This document shows, piece after piece, positions 27,358-41,000 of a DNA stretch of 64,000 bases. Made by a program: the position numbers and the translations under genes. Where the stretch lies: IMG/VR virus record IMGVR_UViG_3300018475_000104, positions 32,001 to 96,000 of that record; one strand, written 5' to 3'. The stretch's first letter is position 1. Each line of letters opens with the position of its first letter. The DNA comes from a virus. Taxonomy: Duplodnaviria > Caudoviricetes. Below the pieces are notes generated by a model. That model did no database searches and had not been told where the DNA came from. It worked only from the letters and a program-made list of their open reading frames with translations.

Positions 27358-27744
27358 TTAACCAGTGGTTATAGGAAGGGCCAAGGCGTTGTTAGCACAA
27401 CGGGAGCAAGGTAACTTTCCTAAGAGTTTAAATACACCATCTGCGATACCAGTGTTGACACAGACAGAATAGCGGGTTCGTCTATTAATCTAACAAGCAT
27501 AAACTGTTGTACAATCACAGTTCACTAATGGATAAGTGGTAGCCGTATCTGCGCCAATAGTTATAGCAACTGGCGCTGTAATAGTAGTTGCATCGGGTAA
27601 ATTCTGCGCGACAACTATGCAATATTTCTCTCCATCGCCATAACTGCCCGCAGGAATATTAATTAACAAAGTATTATCTGCAAAAGTAACTGATTCAGAA
27701 ATTACCAGTCTTTTGCATAAAGTTTTAACATTCTGGCAACTCAT
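27358..27744 (-). CDS. Cys-rich hypothetical protein; one in-frame TAG (27490)
   Basis: MSCQNVKTLC...VYAC*INRRTRYSV...PITTG-TAA. Confidence 0.68.
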
Positions 27745-27835
27745 AACATCTACCTCTCTAATAAAAGAGAGGGTATCAGCGTGATACCCTCTCAAAAATC
27801 ACGCCGGAGCGGAGTTTTTAAGTTTTAGTTAATTT

Positions 27836-28657
27836 TTAGCCGCAACCGCAACCGCACCCATTGTTGCCGAAATTGAATCCAAAGTTCCCATAGCAGCAAT
27901 TGGGGTTAGGAACTACATAGGCAGGTACGGGGCAATCTCTGCCGAGACGACGAAGAAGTTCAGCGGTCTGGGCTTCCTGGTTTGCAGCGATATATGCGTT
28001 CTGCGCGCTCTGAGAAGCCTGGAAACGGAGAGCTTGATTCTCTGCAGTAAGAGTATCAATTTTGTCTTTAACTAGGAAATCAAGAATGGAACGAGTGTTA
28101 TTGTTCTGGTTTTCAATAATGTCTCTTGTGTTATTCTGGAGAGTGTTGCGAGTATCGCAGAACTGAGATGCCATATCATACCGCATATCGCAGCAGCATT
28201 GTGCTAGCTGGGCGGCGAGAGCATTAAAGCCTGCCTGATTCTGGAAGCTGGCGTTCATAATTGATTTATCAACGCCACAGAAACCGGAAGCCATCTCTCT
28301 CTGAGTAGTGCAGCAGCAATTCTGAATAGCACTTAACACACCATTAATAGCATTGTTCTGAGCATAGAAGCCATCACATAGTCCATTAGCAAGACTACGA
28401 ATGCCATTGTCGAGCTGATTGAAGTTGAATGCATCGGTCATTCCCTGTGCAGTGGCGGGTACGCAACATGCGCTGTAGCCTCCGCCATTTTCGCTGCCAA
28501 AGCCGCCGTTACGGCCCCAGCCGCCCATAGCGAAGAAGAGAATTAAGATTATCACCCACCATGCTCCGTTGTCGCCACCAAAGCCACTGTCGGAGCCTCC
28601 ACCAGAGTTACGTAGAGCTAGAGCATCAGCCACAGAAATTCCTTCGTTTCCTGTCAT
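27836..28657 (-). CDS. Gly/Cys-rich protein with one hydrophobic segment
   Basis: WWVIILILFFAMGGWG, CCC clusters, GCGCGCG tail. Confidence 0.72.
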   Translation of the reverse strand: MTGNEGISVADALALRNSGGGSDSGFGGDNGAWWVIILILFFAMGGWGRNGGFGSENGGGYSACCVPATAQGMTDAFNFNQLDNGIRSLANGLCDGFYAQNNAINGVLSAIQNCCCTTQREMASGFCGVDKSIMNASFQNQAGFNALAAQLAQCCCDMRYDMASQFCDTRNTLQNNTRDIIENQNNNTRSILDFLVKDKIDTLTAENQALRFQASQSAQNAYIAANQEAQTAELLRRLGRDCPVPAYVVPNPNCCYGNFGFNFGNNGCGCGCG

Positions 28658-28689
28658 AACTTTATTCTCCTATTTTATTTATTAATTGC

Positions 28690-28932
28690 TTATAGATGTT
28701 TAACTGCGTCCATTAAAGATTGAAACTCAGCGCTAAAGTTTCGACCTTGCGAACCCAGCATCTATGTAGCAATCTATTCCAATTGCTTTACATCACCATT
28801 ACGACCCAATTGAAGCAAATTTTGCATCTGTGGGTTGTTTGGGAAATTTTGTTGAATTATTTGTTGCGCGACTGCTTGTGGATTTCCACCTTTAAGCATC
28901 ATCATCAATTGCATTGGATTTAAAGCTGCCAT
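28690..28932 (-). CDS. Gln/Met/Asn-rich hypothetical protein with two in-frame TAGs (not in track)
   Basis: MAALNPMQLMMMLKGGNPQ...QLE*IAT*MLGSQG...KHL-TAA, AAAGGAGG SD. Confidence 0.65.
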
Positions 28933-29402
28933 TTTTCTGTCCCTCCTTTATTAGGTGAAAGTGATTTTTCAATAGCGGAGAGTCTATCGTTGAATTGGCT
29001 TAAGACCTCTGCTAATTTGCTTTCTACTTGCGAGGGTTCAGATTCTTTAGGAGAAGTTTGTGTTGCGGGAGTTTGATTTGTTATTTGATTGTCTAAGGGA
29101 ATTAACTTATATCCTATCATACTTGGATTACCATTTTGCATTGTTTTGATGAATAACGTTCCATCTGTTAAACAAATACTCGCGGAAAGTCCATTAGTGA
29201 TGGGGATATTGTTTACATCAGAAGACGACCGAATCATGTATACGGCGCCTTGTGGTTGTGGAAAGTAAGTTTGACTTTCCTGGGTCATAGGAGTTGGATT
29301 GTACCCTACTGGTGTCCCCATTGGCATATTTAAATAATTTTGAGCCGGGTTTTGAGTAAACTGAGGAGCAGTGGGGAATTGAGAATAATTATAATTCGCC
29401 AT
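28920..29402 (-). CDS. Pro/Gln-rich hypothetical protein
   Basis: 160 aa ORF, AAGGAG SD. Confidence 0.68.
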   Translation of the reverse strand: MANYNYSQFPTAPQFTQNPAQNYLNMPMGTPVGYNPTPMTQESQTYFPQPQGAVYMIRSSSDVNNIPITNGLSASICLTDGTLFIKTMQNGNPSMIGYKLIPLDNQITNQTPATQTSPKESEPSQVESKLAEVLSQFNDRLSAIEKSLSPNKGGTEKWQL

Positions 29403-29529
29403 CTTTTTAATCTCCTTTTGGTTTGTTTTTTCTTCCCTTCTACTAAAAAGTCGCGGAGAAAGGGAGACGTTACAAAAAATTTATAAAATTTAAAATTTCA
29501 AAATTAGGGCTTACGCAGTTGGAGAGAAT

Positions 29530-29563
29530 AAAGAAAAAGAGCGAACTTAATGGTTCGCTCTCT
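29530..29563 (-). terminator. intrinsic terminator after tail-fibre genes
   Basis: GAGCGAAC...GTTCGCTC hairpin followed by a T-rich run on the minus strand. Confidence 0.6.
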
Positions 29564-29565
29564 CA

Positions 29566-30243
29566 TTATACAGCTTTTTTGCCATCTATCACAACTTCTC
29601 CGACAGCAAGATATTTTTGTCCAATATAATCTGAACCATATTTATCCCCTGTCATATTATACCAACTTGTAAATTTTATCATTATATATTGATAAGCATT
29701 ATTGTAATTCCTACAATCAATAACCGAACTGCCACCAGAAGTTGCGCCGTCAAGCCCAGAAAAATCAATTAATTTTGTTTGCGAGCCATCTATAGAATCA
29801 AATCCATAAATCGTACCTGCAACAGGTCCATTAATTAAGACAGTCCAAACTCGATTATATAAAGTTACTTTTATATTTTTTAAAGCATAAGGAAGTTTTA
29901 TTGCGAGCCAAGGGGCGGTATCATTATTAGCTGTTGCCCAAGAATAATTAGAATTTAATATCCCATTGAAAGCTTTTGCTATCCCATAAGCTATATAGCT
30001 ATTATGTGTAGAACAATAATAGGTATATCCATTACTTGTATAACCTCCGCTTAAGCCAGTCTAATATTCAGAAGTTGGATCTTTGGCTTTTATAAGTGGA
30101 TGACCATTCTCTTGAATCCAATGAGGTATTCTAATTCCATTTACATATGCCCAATATTCTGTTCCGGTGGCAGGATCATAAGGAATATAATCTGTTGCAG
30201 TGTTTTCATTTTCATTCATTATAATTCGTTTTGCTACAGCCAT
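29566..30243 (-). CDS. tail-associated protein, possible discoidin/carbohydrate-binding domain; in-frame TAG at 30061
   Basis: Frame continues past TAG to TAA at 29566; KAFNG...SW...PWLAIKLP pattern. Confidence 0.55.
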
Positions 30244-30252
30244 AATTATACC

Positions 30253-31308
30253 TCACGAAGTTTTAAATGATACTAGGCCTTCATGCCAAACTTTTTTAGT
30301 TGAACCACTACTATTCGCAGCATTTGGTATACAAACATAAATAGTTTCATTACCTGCAGTCCCATCATGTCCAGTAGAAATATAAGTCTTGCCAGTATGA
30401 TGTTTTGTAGCCGTTTGTGTAGAACCAATCCATAAATTTGTACCATTATCATTCACACCAGGATAATCATAGCCAGTAGAATCTTTTAAATAATATCCTC
30501 TACTAGAACCAGTTGCAGAAGTAAGAATTTTTCCTGTTATAGTTCCTCCAGCAAGTGGTAAATAGATATTATTTTCATTTGATTTTTCCCAGCCTTTATA
30601 TATCCAAGAGGTAATATCTCCGTTTGTATATACATGTCTTGAATAATAATAATTTTTATTATAAGGTCTATATACTTGTCGTAAATAGATATAAGTTCCA
30701 CTAATCCCATCTTCACCAGCGGCATCTGAAACTTCAAGTACTCCCGCCAAAGCTTCTGGAATGTTTGTAATAAAACCTGCTAGTTTATTACTTGCAATAC
30801 TATATTTACCAAGTGTTCTAAATTCTGGATCATTAAAATCTTTTGGATCCTCTGCTGTTGCTGTTATTACATAGTCAGCTTTACCATAACTACTAATAGC
30901 TAAATTTAATCTAGCTTGTTCAGCCGTACTTGCGCCGGTGCCTCCCTCGGTAATTTTCACAAGTTCGGCAGTTGTTAAAATTTTCTTTCCTTTAATAGTT
31001 AAACTATTAGTTATATCACCGCCAGTAAGTGGTAAATACGTTTGTACCAAATGATTTTTAATAGCCTCATCTTCATTTTCTATCTAAGAAATTACATAAC
31101 TAGCAACAGCCTTACCCGTAACTCCAGAAGTTTCGTCTGTGCTATCAATTTCATTAACTAACCTTGAACCAACTACTTTTGCTTCTTGATTTTCTCCCTA
31201 TCCTATATATAAAAGTCCATCATCAGTACAATAACCAAGTTCAAAAGCCTGTAGAACTCCCACACCAGGAGCATTCGTTCCGTGCTTAATCTATATAATA
31301 TTAGCCAT
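30253..31308 (-). CDS. tail fibre protein with several in-frame TAGs
   Basis: MANII*IKHG...ELGY N-terminus, YLPLTGG/YLPLAGG repeats, EGGTGASTAEQARLNL. Confidence 0.75.
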
Positions 31309-31320
31309 TTTTTCCTCCTT

Positions 31321-31353
31321 TTAAAAATAAAGGGCGCCAATGTTCTGGCGCCC
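31321..31353 (-). terminator. intrinsic terminator
   Basis: GGGCGCCA-loop-TGGCGCCC followed by TTTATTTT on the minus strand. Confidence 0.7.
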
Positions 31354-31358
31354 GCTTA

Positions 31359-31736
31359 TTATTCCTCTATAAAAGGCATTAGCCATTCCATTTCTGTTAT
31401 ACTTAATTCAAAAAAGTCCAACTCTTCAAGAGTAAATTTGATGTCTATGGCATCAATTTCTAAATTAGATAGTTCTCTAATTTTTTCTTCACATTCTTGA
31501 ATTTTATCAGGTTTAATACGGACTCCTTGTTGGTCAGATGTTAGAAGATAGTCTCCATTTTCATCAATCATTCCATATTCACGAATCAAGTCAGTCATCT
31601 TCTTTTGATAAAAGAAAGCTTCTTCTTCAAGTTTATTAAGTAATTTGTTTAATTTATATGCTGTCTTGATTGGCATTTTCTTTTCTTTTATATCATTATA
31701 GAATTTTTTACATTCTAAGATTTGATACATCTTCAT
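31359..31736 (-). CDS. hypothetical protein (TAG-free, own promoter)
   Basis: 125 aa ORF, AAGGAGG SD. Confidence 0.72.
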   Translation of the reverse strand: MKMYQILECKKFYNDIKEKKMPIKTAYKLNKLLNKLEEEAFFYQKKMTDLIREYGMIDENGDYLLTSDQQGVRIKPDKIQECEEKIRELSNLEIDAIDIKFTLEELDFFELSITEMEWLMPFIEE

Positions 31737-31765
31737 AGTAATTCCTCCTTTTAACTCTTTATTTT

Positions 31766-31794
31766 ATTATAACAGAATTTTTAATTTATGTCAA
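31766..31794 (-). promoter_or_regulatory. consensus sigma-A promoter inside the tail module
   Basis: TTGACA-N17-TATAAT with extended TG, minus strand. Confidence 0.8.
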
Positions 31795-34700
31795 ATTTTG
31801 ATCCCAAGTTCCTCCAGAGATTGTAATTCCAGAAATTGACATTACATCAGAATCTAAATCAACAATAATTTTCTATCCGGTTTTTACTCCATAAAAAACT
31901 ATTTTATTCCTGATTTCATCAGCAGGTGAGATAGCAAATAGTTCATCTGTATTAAAAGAAGACATATTAATACCAACATGATTCTGTCTTAGCTGCAGAG
32001 TACTCGAGAAAGGATAAAATATTAAAGCATCTGAATAAGCTTCTACTGGATTAGAAGGTTGATTAGAAGAATCTATACTGGTATATATTTTTAAATAAAG
32101 TCGAATATAAAATTTCTTATCTACTTCCCAATTGGTAAGATAACTGTAACTACTGTTGATGATATTAAATAATTTATTTCCATTACTAGAAGTAGTAGAT
32201 AAATATAATTCATTTGAGGGTTCAACTTGTATTTTATTTGAAAAATCAGCAGTTTCAGAATACTAAACAAAAATTTCGGCTTTCCCCGTATAACTATTTC
32301 CAATATATCTTTCAAAATAATGTTGAATTGAATAGGAAAGTTCATTATTTCCAGAAGAGATATTGCCGTAACCTCCATCAGTAATTTGATAGGAATATTT
32401 TAGTTTTTTATTGTTATCAACTTCAACCTTTTCTAATACAATATTTGGGTTTGTCCTTATCCCTCGAATTAAACAAAGATCAGTACCTTGTAATGAATTT
32501 AATGATTCTTTTCCTTTCGTATCTTTAACAGTTATTTTAAAATATATAAACTTAACTTCACTTGGATTCTTTGAAAAACTATAAGTAAAACTTTTAGGGC
32601 TATCTTCTGAAGCAGTTTTATCGACATTAATCTCGGCAATTAAACTCCATGAAGGTTCACTATTTATAAAACTTGTAACTTTTTGGGAATTTTCCCAAGT
32701 ATATAAACAATATTTTGAAACGTCGGAAAATCCATTTGCATCGGTATATTGTAAATTAGTAAATTCAATCATCTCTCCAGGAAAAAATATTCTTGTTTCA
32801 TTTTCATTTGTGGAAGAAGGAAAAATATTAACTTCTTTTCCATTTGAAGAAACCTTTATATTAACTGGGATTGCGCTATTATATACCATTATTTTTGGAG
32901 CTTCTTTATAATCTATTTCAATGCCTGTTTTAATTAACGGTTCAGATTTTAAATCAAAGACATCTATTGCATAAACCTCAATCTAACAATTAGAATATAA
33001 AGTATTCTTATTATTAATTTCACTTGTTTCTAATAAAATTTTTGATAAAAGTGTTGTTGAATTAAATAGTGATATATCTTCTTTAGCCTCTGAAGTTATT
33101 TCCGATACAAATATATCATTAAATGACCCATTGTTCGAATGAATATAAGTTTTATAAGTTAAATTATCATAAGATCCTGTTTTCGCATAGGGAGTTTCTA
33201 AAGAAATTTCTGGTGACTAATAGGGAAAAACTGTCGGATTACCAGTATAGATAAGATTTGTCCCCGTAAAACTTGGTTTAGAAGCTCTTTTATAGCTAAA
33301 ATCTGTTGTAGAATCAATAATCTAGCCAGCAGTATCTTCTAATCTTACTCCTATATGGTATAATTCACCTCGTTTAATATTAGAACTATCACTGTAAGTT
33401 GCAATAATTTCATTTTGACCATTAGAATTTAAATTTGTCCCTTCATGTATAGAAGTTAAAACATTCGTAGTTTCGTTTTTAATATATATAAGTTTTAAAC
33501 TTGCTATATTACATTGACCATCAATTATATTTGGATTGGTAAATTTTAATTTTATCTTGTTACTAAAATACCATGATGATATTTCTTCACCATTATCATC
33601 AATTAATGAATTGTCTAAGTCATTTTTTAAATTATTTATAACAACACCGGAAGGTTCCTTGGGAGAATAATATATTACATTATCATAAAATGTTTTCTAG
33701 GGTTCATCAGTTAAGTTATCTGTAATAGTTACTCCCAATCTAAAATAGCATCCAGCACTTAAATCCGTTAATTTATAATCTGAATAAGAAGTATTTGAAC
33801 CTATATTACTTTTATCGCTGGCATTATTTATAGTAGAAGCATTAGAAGTTTGAAAAAACCAATTATATGTTTTTGGATCTCCAGCCGTTTTACTAAAAGA
33901 AAAAGATAATTTGTTAGTCAAACATTCCGCGCCACTAGGAATTATGCCAGCATATTCATCCGCAGTAGAAACAATATTCCCTGTAATAGCTATATTTTTT
34001 GTAACTTTAAAAGTTTTTGCACTGCTATATTCTAAACCATCAAAAGAGTAAAAACTATATGTTATTGAAGAACCTTGCGCACTAGGAGCACTGAGAGTTA
34101 CAGTGTTTCCTGTTATTTCTGTTTTAGTCTCTCCATTTTGATAATAACAACTTACTGACTAACCCTAAGCATCAGCACCAGGAGTAACCGTTAGTTTAAC
34201 AGTTGTAGCAGTACTAATTACTTCTGTTGGTCCAGTAACCGTAGGCGCGTTGGGCGGTGAGTTTACTGTTACAACTGCTACATTGGTATAATCTGAATAA
34301 TATGATGAACCAGCCGAACCCAAAGTTCTAACTTTATAATTAATAGATTTACCCTTTGGCGCGTTAGAAGGAATGGTTGTTGTAAAAAAAGGTTTACCAT
34401 CTGTCCCCGCAACTGTTCCGTTAATTGTTCCCAGTGATGTAAAAGCCGCGCCATTGATACTTCTTACTATTTCATAGCCAGAAATTGATTGAATGCCGTC
34501 TGGAGAAGTCCCTTTGTTCCATTTAAGAGTTATATTACCGTTAATTTTCTATATATTGACATTACTTGATAAATTAGATGGTGCACCCATCTATTTATAG
34601 GCATTTTCATGTGTAATAGTAATTGTTGGACATTCGGTGTCACTACGAGTATCACAATGTATTTCTTGATATCCATAGTTATTTCCTCGCGCCTCAGACT

Positions 34701-35172
34701 AAACAAAAACTATCCATTTATCTTTTGTATAGTCTCCCCAAACGTTTGAATCTATATCAATTGTGTATGATTGACCACTCTAAGCTGTCAAATCTTCTTT
34801 TATACGAACAAAGCCAGTAGAATTATAGGCAACATTTACTGCTGGCTAAGAAGTCATTATACCTATATCCCAACGACCAGAACTTGACCAACGTGTATTA
34901 ATTTTAAAGCTTAGAGTTACTTTAGTGATTCTCTAAGGAACTGAATTGGCGCCTTCAATATTATTTTTTATGGTTGCGCCCGGTATTTTAAAATAAGAAC
35001 GATATTTTGTTCTGCTTCCTGAATCATCTACATTTGTATAACCAGCAAGTAAGTTATAATAACCTGTGACCTCGCTATATTGTCTATTATACCAAGAAGA
35101 ACCAGTAGAAGCCTTATATATTGAATTAAATAAAGTAGCATTTAATTCATTAGGATATTTAAAAATTGCCAT
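31786..35172 (-). CDS. large Ser/Thr/Asn-rich tail protein (~1,128 aa) with many in-frame TAGs
   Basis: Track fragments 34933-35172, 33697-33921 and 32263-32889 are co-frame and end in TAG; final TAA at 31786. Confidence 0.7.
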
Positions 35173-35177
35173 TCTAT

Positions 35178-38048
35178 TTACTCCTTTATCTCAGTTATCT
35201 CATCGGCCATAATATAGATATCATAACCAATAATACATTCCACATTTGACGCGTCTGATACAACTTGAATTATCATTTTATCCTGGCCACTATTATTTGT
35301 TAAGTGAAGTTCTTTTTTAGTAACCAAACTACCAGAAAATTTTGCGTTATCTTTATTTAACGAAGCTATTGTTTTATTTTCAACTTCATTGTTACTATCG
35401 TTTTTAATTTCTTGTTTGATATTAAAATAATCAATATTATTTTCTTTCTCACCATTTAAAGAAAAAGAACCCTCATAAAATTTTAAATAGCCATTATTAA
35501 GTAAATCAATTTTTGAGGAGAAAACTACGTTTTCGTTTATAGTATTAAACTCTCCAATAGAAAGTTTAACTGATTGGAGGGCTACTTCTTCATCTTTCAC
35601 CGAGGGATAGATACTTATATTTTTATTAAATCTAACAACTTCACCAAATTCGGCCTGGTTTAAAATCCAAGTTGCATCTGCATCTGTTCTAAACCATTCT
35701 TGTGGGTCTTCATCGTTTCCATTCCAAAATGAGATACCTTCATCTGCATTTTGAATTACAAGTGCTGCGGTCTTTGGCTTTTCTGTCGTACCTCCAACTT
35801 TTGTGTCTCCAATCCCTTCGATTACTGCTGTCTAAATCTTGGCAGCCTAAATTATAGCATCGGTAATGATTGTACCATTAAAATAACCACTGCCAGCATA
35901 GAGATTACCATACATATCTACTCTAAAATTGGCAGATTCAATAGCATCTATTTCATCACTTTCCGCGCCGGCCCATAATAAAATATTACCTTTTTTAGCA
36001 TTAGGAAACATTGTATTATTATTATCTATCATCATTGCTTCTGAATTTGTACTGATACCAGAAGCATAATCATCAGTCTTTGCTATCATAGAACCCTTAA
36101 CCAAAACATTATCGGCATAAAGACCCCAAGATCCAGCAAGAGTTCCATAAAAGTCTTCATCTGGTATTTTTCCAATAACTACATGATTATTAGTTAACAA
36201 TACTTCGTCTATGAGTCCTTTATTTTCAAAAACAGTGATTGCCTAATCAGGAAAACCATTAGCATCATTTTTAGAAGAATTAATAGAAATACCAATATCA
36301 CTTTCTTTTCCAAAATTTACACACGTTTTTCCTATTAATGATTTAAGTTCAGCATCTTCACCTTTAAGGTCTAATTTAATTCGGTTCTATTCATCTATAG
36401 TAATTATATAAAAAAGTTCTCCTATTTTACATAAATCACCTGAAATAAAACCTGTATTATCTTCATCTTCTAAAGCAATAAAATAACTAGTAACTTCAGT
36501 ATTCTAATCTATTTCTTTAAAAGCATTTTTTATAATACTACTTGGACGAACCAATAAAATTCCTCCGACGGCTTGAGTTTCTCCATATTCTAAAACTGAC
36601 GCTTTAATAGAGCCAGTTACAACAACATTCTTAAACTCTGCGGAAAAAGGTGATAAACTCCAATAATAGCCAAGATTTTCATTATCATCAATTGGTAAAC
36701 CTTTAATAGTAGAATTTGGACCATCAATAATAATACCACCTGCTTCAATGGTACCATTATCTTTTATCATGAGGCTTGCATCAGAATTGGAAGTAGTAGA
36801 ATACAATACAATTTGATTATTCTTTTCTAGAGTAGCATTGTACAAATAAGTATAATCTCCTAATTTTAAATAATCTGCTATTTCTGCATTAGATCCTAAC
36901 TTTAATTCATTGGCGTAAATGGTACCATCTGATTTGATAGAAAAACCCGTTTGATCTGCTTCAGAATAATTAGAAGAAGAAATCGTTCCATCCTATCCAC
37001 TTATTTGAATATTTTCAGCTGAAGACTATTTTTGAACAGTTAAAACACCGCTTACAATTAAGTTTTGTAACTCTCCTTGCTATGCTGTAATCGTTCCAGT
37101 AAAACTGCCCTCATTCGCGATAACTTTTCCTTCAAAGGTACCTGAACCTACAATTTTTAATTCTCCATTTTCGGTGATTTCAAAAAGAGTCCTTGTTGGA
37201 GAGTCTTCTCCCGTGGTACCATTTATTCTAAAACCACCATTCCCAATGGTTAATCCATATTCATCAAAAGTTAGTTTAGTACTTTGAATTGAAGCATTGA
37301 TATTTCTTGCATTGATGGAAAAATCTAATAAATCAGAAGTTAAACCATATCGAAAACTAAGAACTTTAATTGCTATTATTTGATCATTTTCTTTTTCTTT
37401 AATAATGATTTTTAGAATATTATCTCTAGAAAGTATTAGTTCTTGTAGTTTTATTTGTTCATCTGATTTTGATTCTGCATTTAAAAATTCGGTAAAAGAT
37501 ATAACACACTTTGAGCTTTCTGCCTCTTTACTAATATAATCCTCTAATATATTTGTAATATCTCCAAATGTATTCTATTTTAATCCCGTTCCACTATCTT
37601 CTACTTCACCACCAACAGTAGAAAAATCGGAAAACTTTAATTCAATTGTAACCTCTTTCATCTAAAAATAAGTATTATCTTTAACTTTTTTTATTTCAAT
37701 TTCCAAGATTTCTGGACTTAGTTCAACCTTTTCATCATTTCTAAATTTTAAAATCTCTTCTTGGTTGGTTTCAATAAGATAACTATTTCCATCTTCACCA
37801 GGTTCACCGGGTTCGCCTTGAGGACCAACATATTTTGACCATTGCGTGTCATCGGGCGCGTTCTCTGGTTGGCCGCCATCTAAAGCAGTTCCATTATATA
37901 TACCTATATATTGAGAGTTAGCATTAGGGGTTATAGTAACCCCTTCTGCTACTCCATTTTCATATAATTCGGCATAATATATATAGGTGGCTTTATCAAT
38001 TAAATCAACCAAAGTAATTTGACCGGTTGAAACAATTTTCTCACCCAT
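35178..38048 (-). CDS. tail/baseplate protein (~956 aa) with collagen-like GPQGEPGEPGEDG segment and many in-frame TAGs
   Basis: Four co-frame track fragments joined across TAG; STGQITLVD N-terminus. Confidence 0.7.
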
Positions 38049-41000
38049 TCTATACCTCCTTTTTACTCACATTACATATAAAAGTTTTACTAAAATTAAC
38101 CTATTCCGCACTTACAGCCAACTCTCTTCCGTTTCCTAGCAGCTCGTTATCATCAGCGCTTACCCAAGAATAATCATATTCTGTTCCATTTACATCAATT
38201 TGCTAGCCACCGCTAAATAACTATGCTACTAATGTGGTATTACCGATACCATTTTTAAAATAAGTACCATTACTAGAAGTAATAACCAAAGTTATTGCAT
38301 CATCGCCTTTTTCTCCATCTTCACCTTTTTCTCCATCAGAGATGGCCATTATTGTTTTCCAAGCAGTATACGTGTTTCCATCCGTACTTCGCGCGACTGC
38401 TTTAATGTAATATGTAGAATTAAAGCTCTTTTCTTTAAAATCGTCATAAGTTAAAGTATAAGTTTCTTCTGTGCTTAAGACGGTGCCCCAATCCTCAAAA
38501 TTAGAACTACCATACCAAGCAATTGAATGTAATTCAAAGCCGACTACTTCACTCTCTAAAATTAAAGAATTTGTATTAGGCGTTCCGCTCTCTACTTTAA
38601 AAGTATAACCTGATTTTGAAATAATGTCAAGTTTTCGAGTTTGTTCGACAACGTCTTCAACGTCATCAATAGTTAAATTACCAATTTTTCCGCCAGTTGC
38701 AATAATCGTACCTTCGAACTCTGCTCCCTAAGCGACCATTTTGCCATCTTCATAGACAACAAATTTCTATTCTCCCTTACCAGCATGAATTACTTCATGA
38801 ATTGCAGTATTGTCGCGCGTATCTTTAAGATAACCAATCTATACAGTTGCTTCTTCTTCAGAGATGCCTTTGGCTCCAACAATCAATTTGTTTCTTAACC
38901 AAAGCTCGCCATTATCATCTGATTCCATGACAACCGCACCTTCTGAATTAGAAATTCTAATACCATAGTTCGGATCTAAATCAGAATTAAGTCTACCAAT
39001 TTTAATTCTTTCTTTTTCACCCTCAAAAACTGCAATATCATTTTTTGAACTAACTTCAACGTGACCTTTGCCTTGACGATTCTTAACAAAGAATCCATCC
39101 CAAGTCATACCAAAGTTGGCATTATCCCAAATTTCCTTTTCATTTTCAGGAGAAAAAGTTTTATCTTCATTCCAACCATTAATACCATAAATACCATATT
39201 GATCAAATCGAACAAAGGTATTTAAATCGGTATAACTATAGATTTGTTCTTGACTATTCTTGCCTTCTTTTCTAGAAAAAGCATTGATACCATCAGAATC
39301 CCAACGGAAAGCGGTATGCTCACCATCTTGAATTATGATGTTGTTTGTATTAATCGCGCCGGCAGTTAAATACTGAGTTGAAATACCCGTGCCTCGAATA
39401 CCACTCTTCCAAGTATTACCGCCGTCTGTTGATAAGAAAATACCACCAGAAGTTATCTTAACTTTATTATTAGGGTTAGATGAATCAACTAAAGTTAATC
39501 CAGTATTATCCTAAATAAAAGTTTCATTTTGCGCGCTAATTACCAAGTTTTGGTTTAAAGCTAAACTATTCGATAGAGTTAAAGTATTAATTGTACCATC
39601 AGGTTCTATAATGTTTGCCGCACGCTAATATTCACCAGAAGCATATTGAAGACTTTGTGTGGTTGCTGTTATGCGTTGAAATAAATCTTCAAATTGTGTT
39701 TTATAATTCTAAACTTTAAATGAATCTTTTTCTGGAGAATCAAAATTTGAAGTAATTTCAGTTACTAAAACTTTTTCTTTATAAGGAGTAAATCCATCAG
39801 ACATAAATCCAAAGAATTCGGTATCCTGGACAAAGCTAATGTCTCCTAAATGAAATGTTTTATTTTTAAATTCTTCAAGCGCGCTAATTCTTAAAACAGA
39901 AATGTTATAAGTAATTTGAGGCCGTGAAGAAGTATACGCAACACTTTGCGCGTCAAGATAATAATAATCATCATCAATATAGTCTTGGGAAGTCCAAGAA
40001 CCTTCTTGTAAGAAACGAGAATATTTTGTATAAAATTTTGTATCATACTCTACTATCTCTTCAATTATCGTTTCTTGTCTTTCTTCTGTATCGGTAATGA
40101 TTTCATCTAAATTAGATAAATTATTAGTGATAGTATTAACTAATTTATCATAATTAGCATAGTTCTTTTTCATTACACTGCGCGCATTCATTTTGGTCTA
40201 GACTTTTGTATCATCTTTGTGACCTTCTAGGTAAGCCTGTACATTCTCCCAGTCTTTTGCACCAGTATGTTGTAAAATTTCATTTTCTATTTCTTGAATT
40301 TCTTCTTGCGCCGCGTCTCTAGCAGAAGTATAAGTAGACAGTAAAGCTTCCTGTCGGGTCTTTTCAGCTTTATTATTTTTTAAAACCTCTGCTATTCTCT
40401 CATTTTCTTTATTTAATCTGTTTAAGTTAAAGTAATAACCAATCTCAGAAGAGGAGTCATATAAATCCTTATTCAGTGCACCAGCATCTAACATACCTTG
40501 ATTAATATAATAATCAAAGTTTAAAATAAAGGTTGACCTTGCATAATTTTCACGACTTCGCGCGATTGTACATATCCCATCAATGGCTAATTCGTTAATA
40601 TTGGGCTATACAATTACTTTTGATATAACTTTATCCGAATTAATTGTACGAGAAATTTGTTTTAAGTCTATTCCATAAATAAAGCCTATACCAGTATCTT
40701 TACCTATTTCTTTTTTAAAATAAACTTTCTTTTGCGGTTTGCCATCGACTAATTTTATCGCACCGTCATCTTCATGTTCAATCTCAAAGCGCACCCAACA
40801 TTCAAAAGTTTCAGCTATTGTTTGTAATAAATTAAATCTATTTGAATTCTTTGCGGTTATTGAACGAATTTTCTCTTCATACTTCTCTCCATCTTTTTCT
40901 ACTGTATTATAAACAATCTTATAATCAGCAGACGGAGCAGAAAAAACTGAACCAACTAAATCATCAATAGATGTTGCTTGTGAATTTTCTAATGGATTGT

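Noticed and set aside
38050-38103. TAG at 38101 or 38050 as a true stop of the large tail-tip gene
   Set aside because: The frame stays open to TGA at 38041, which overlaps the next start like other coupled genes here; termination at 38050 cannot be fully excluded
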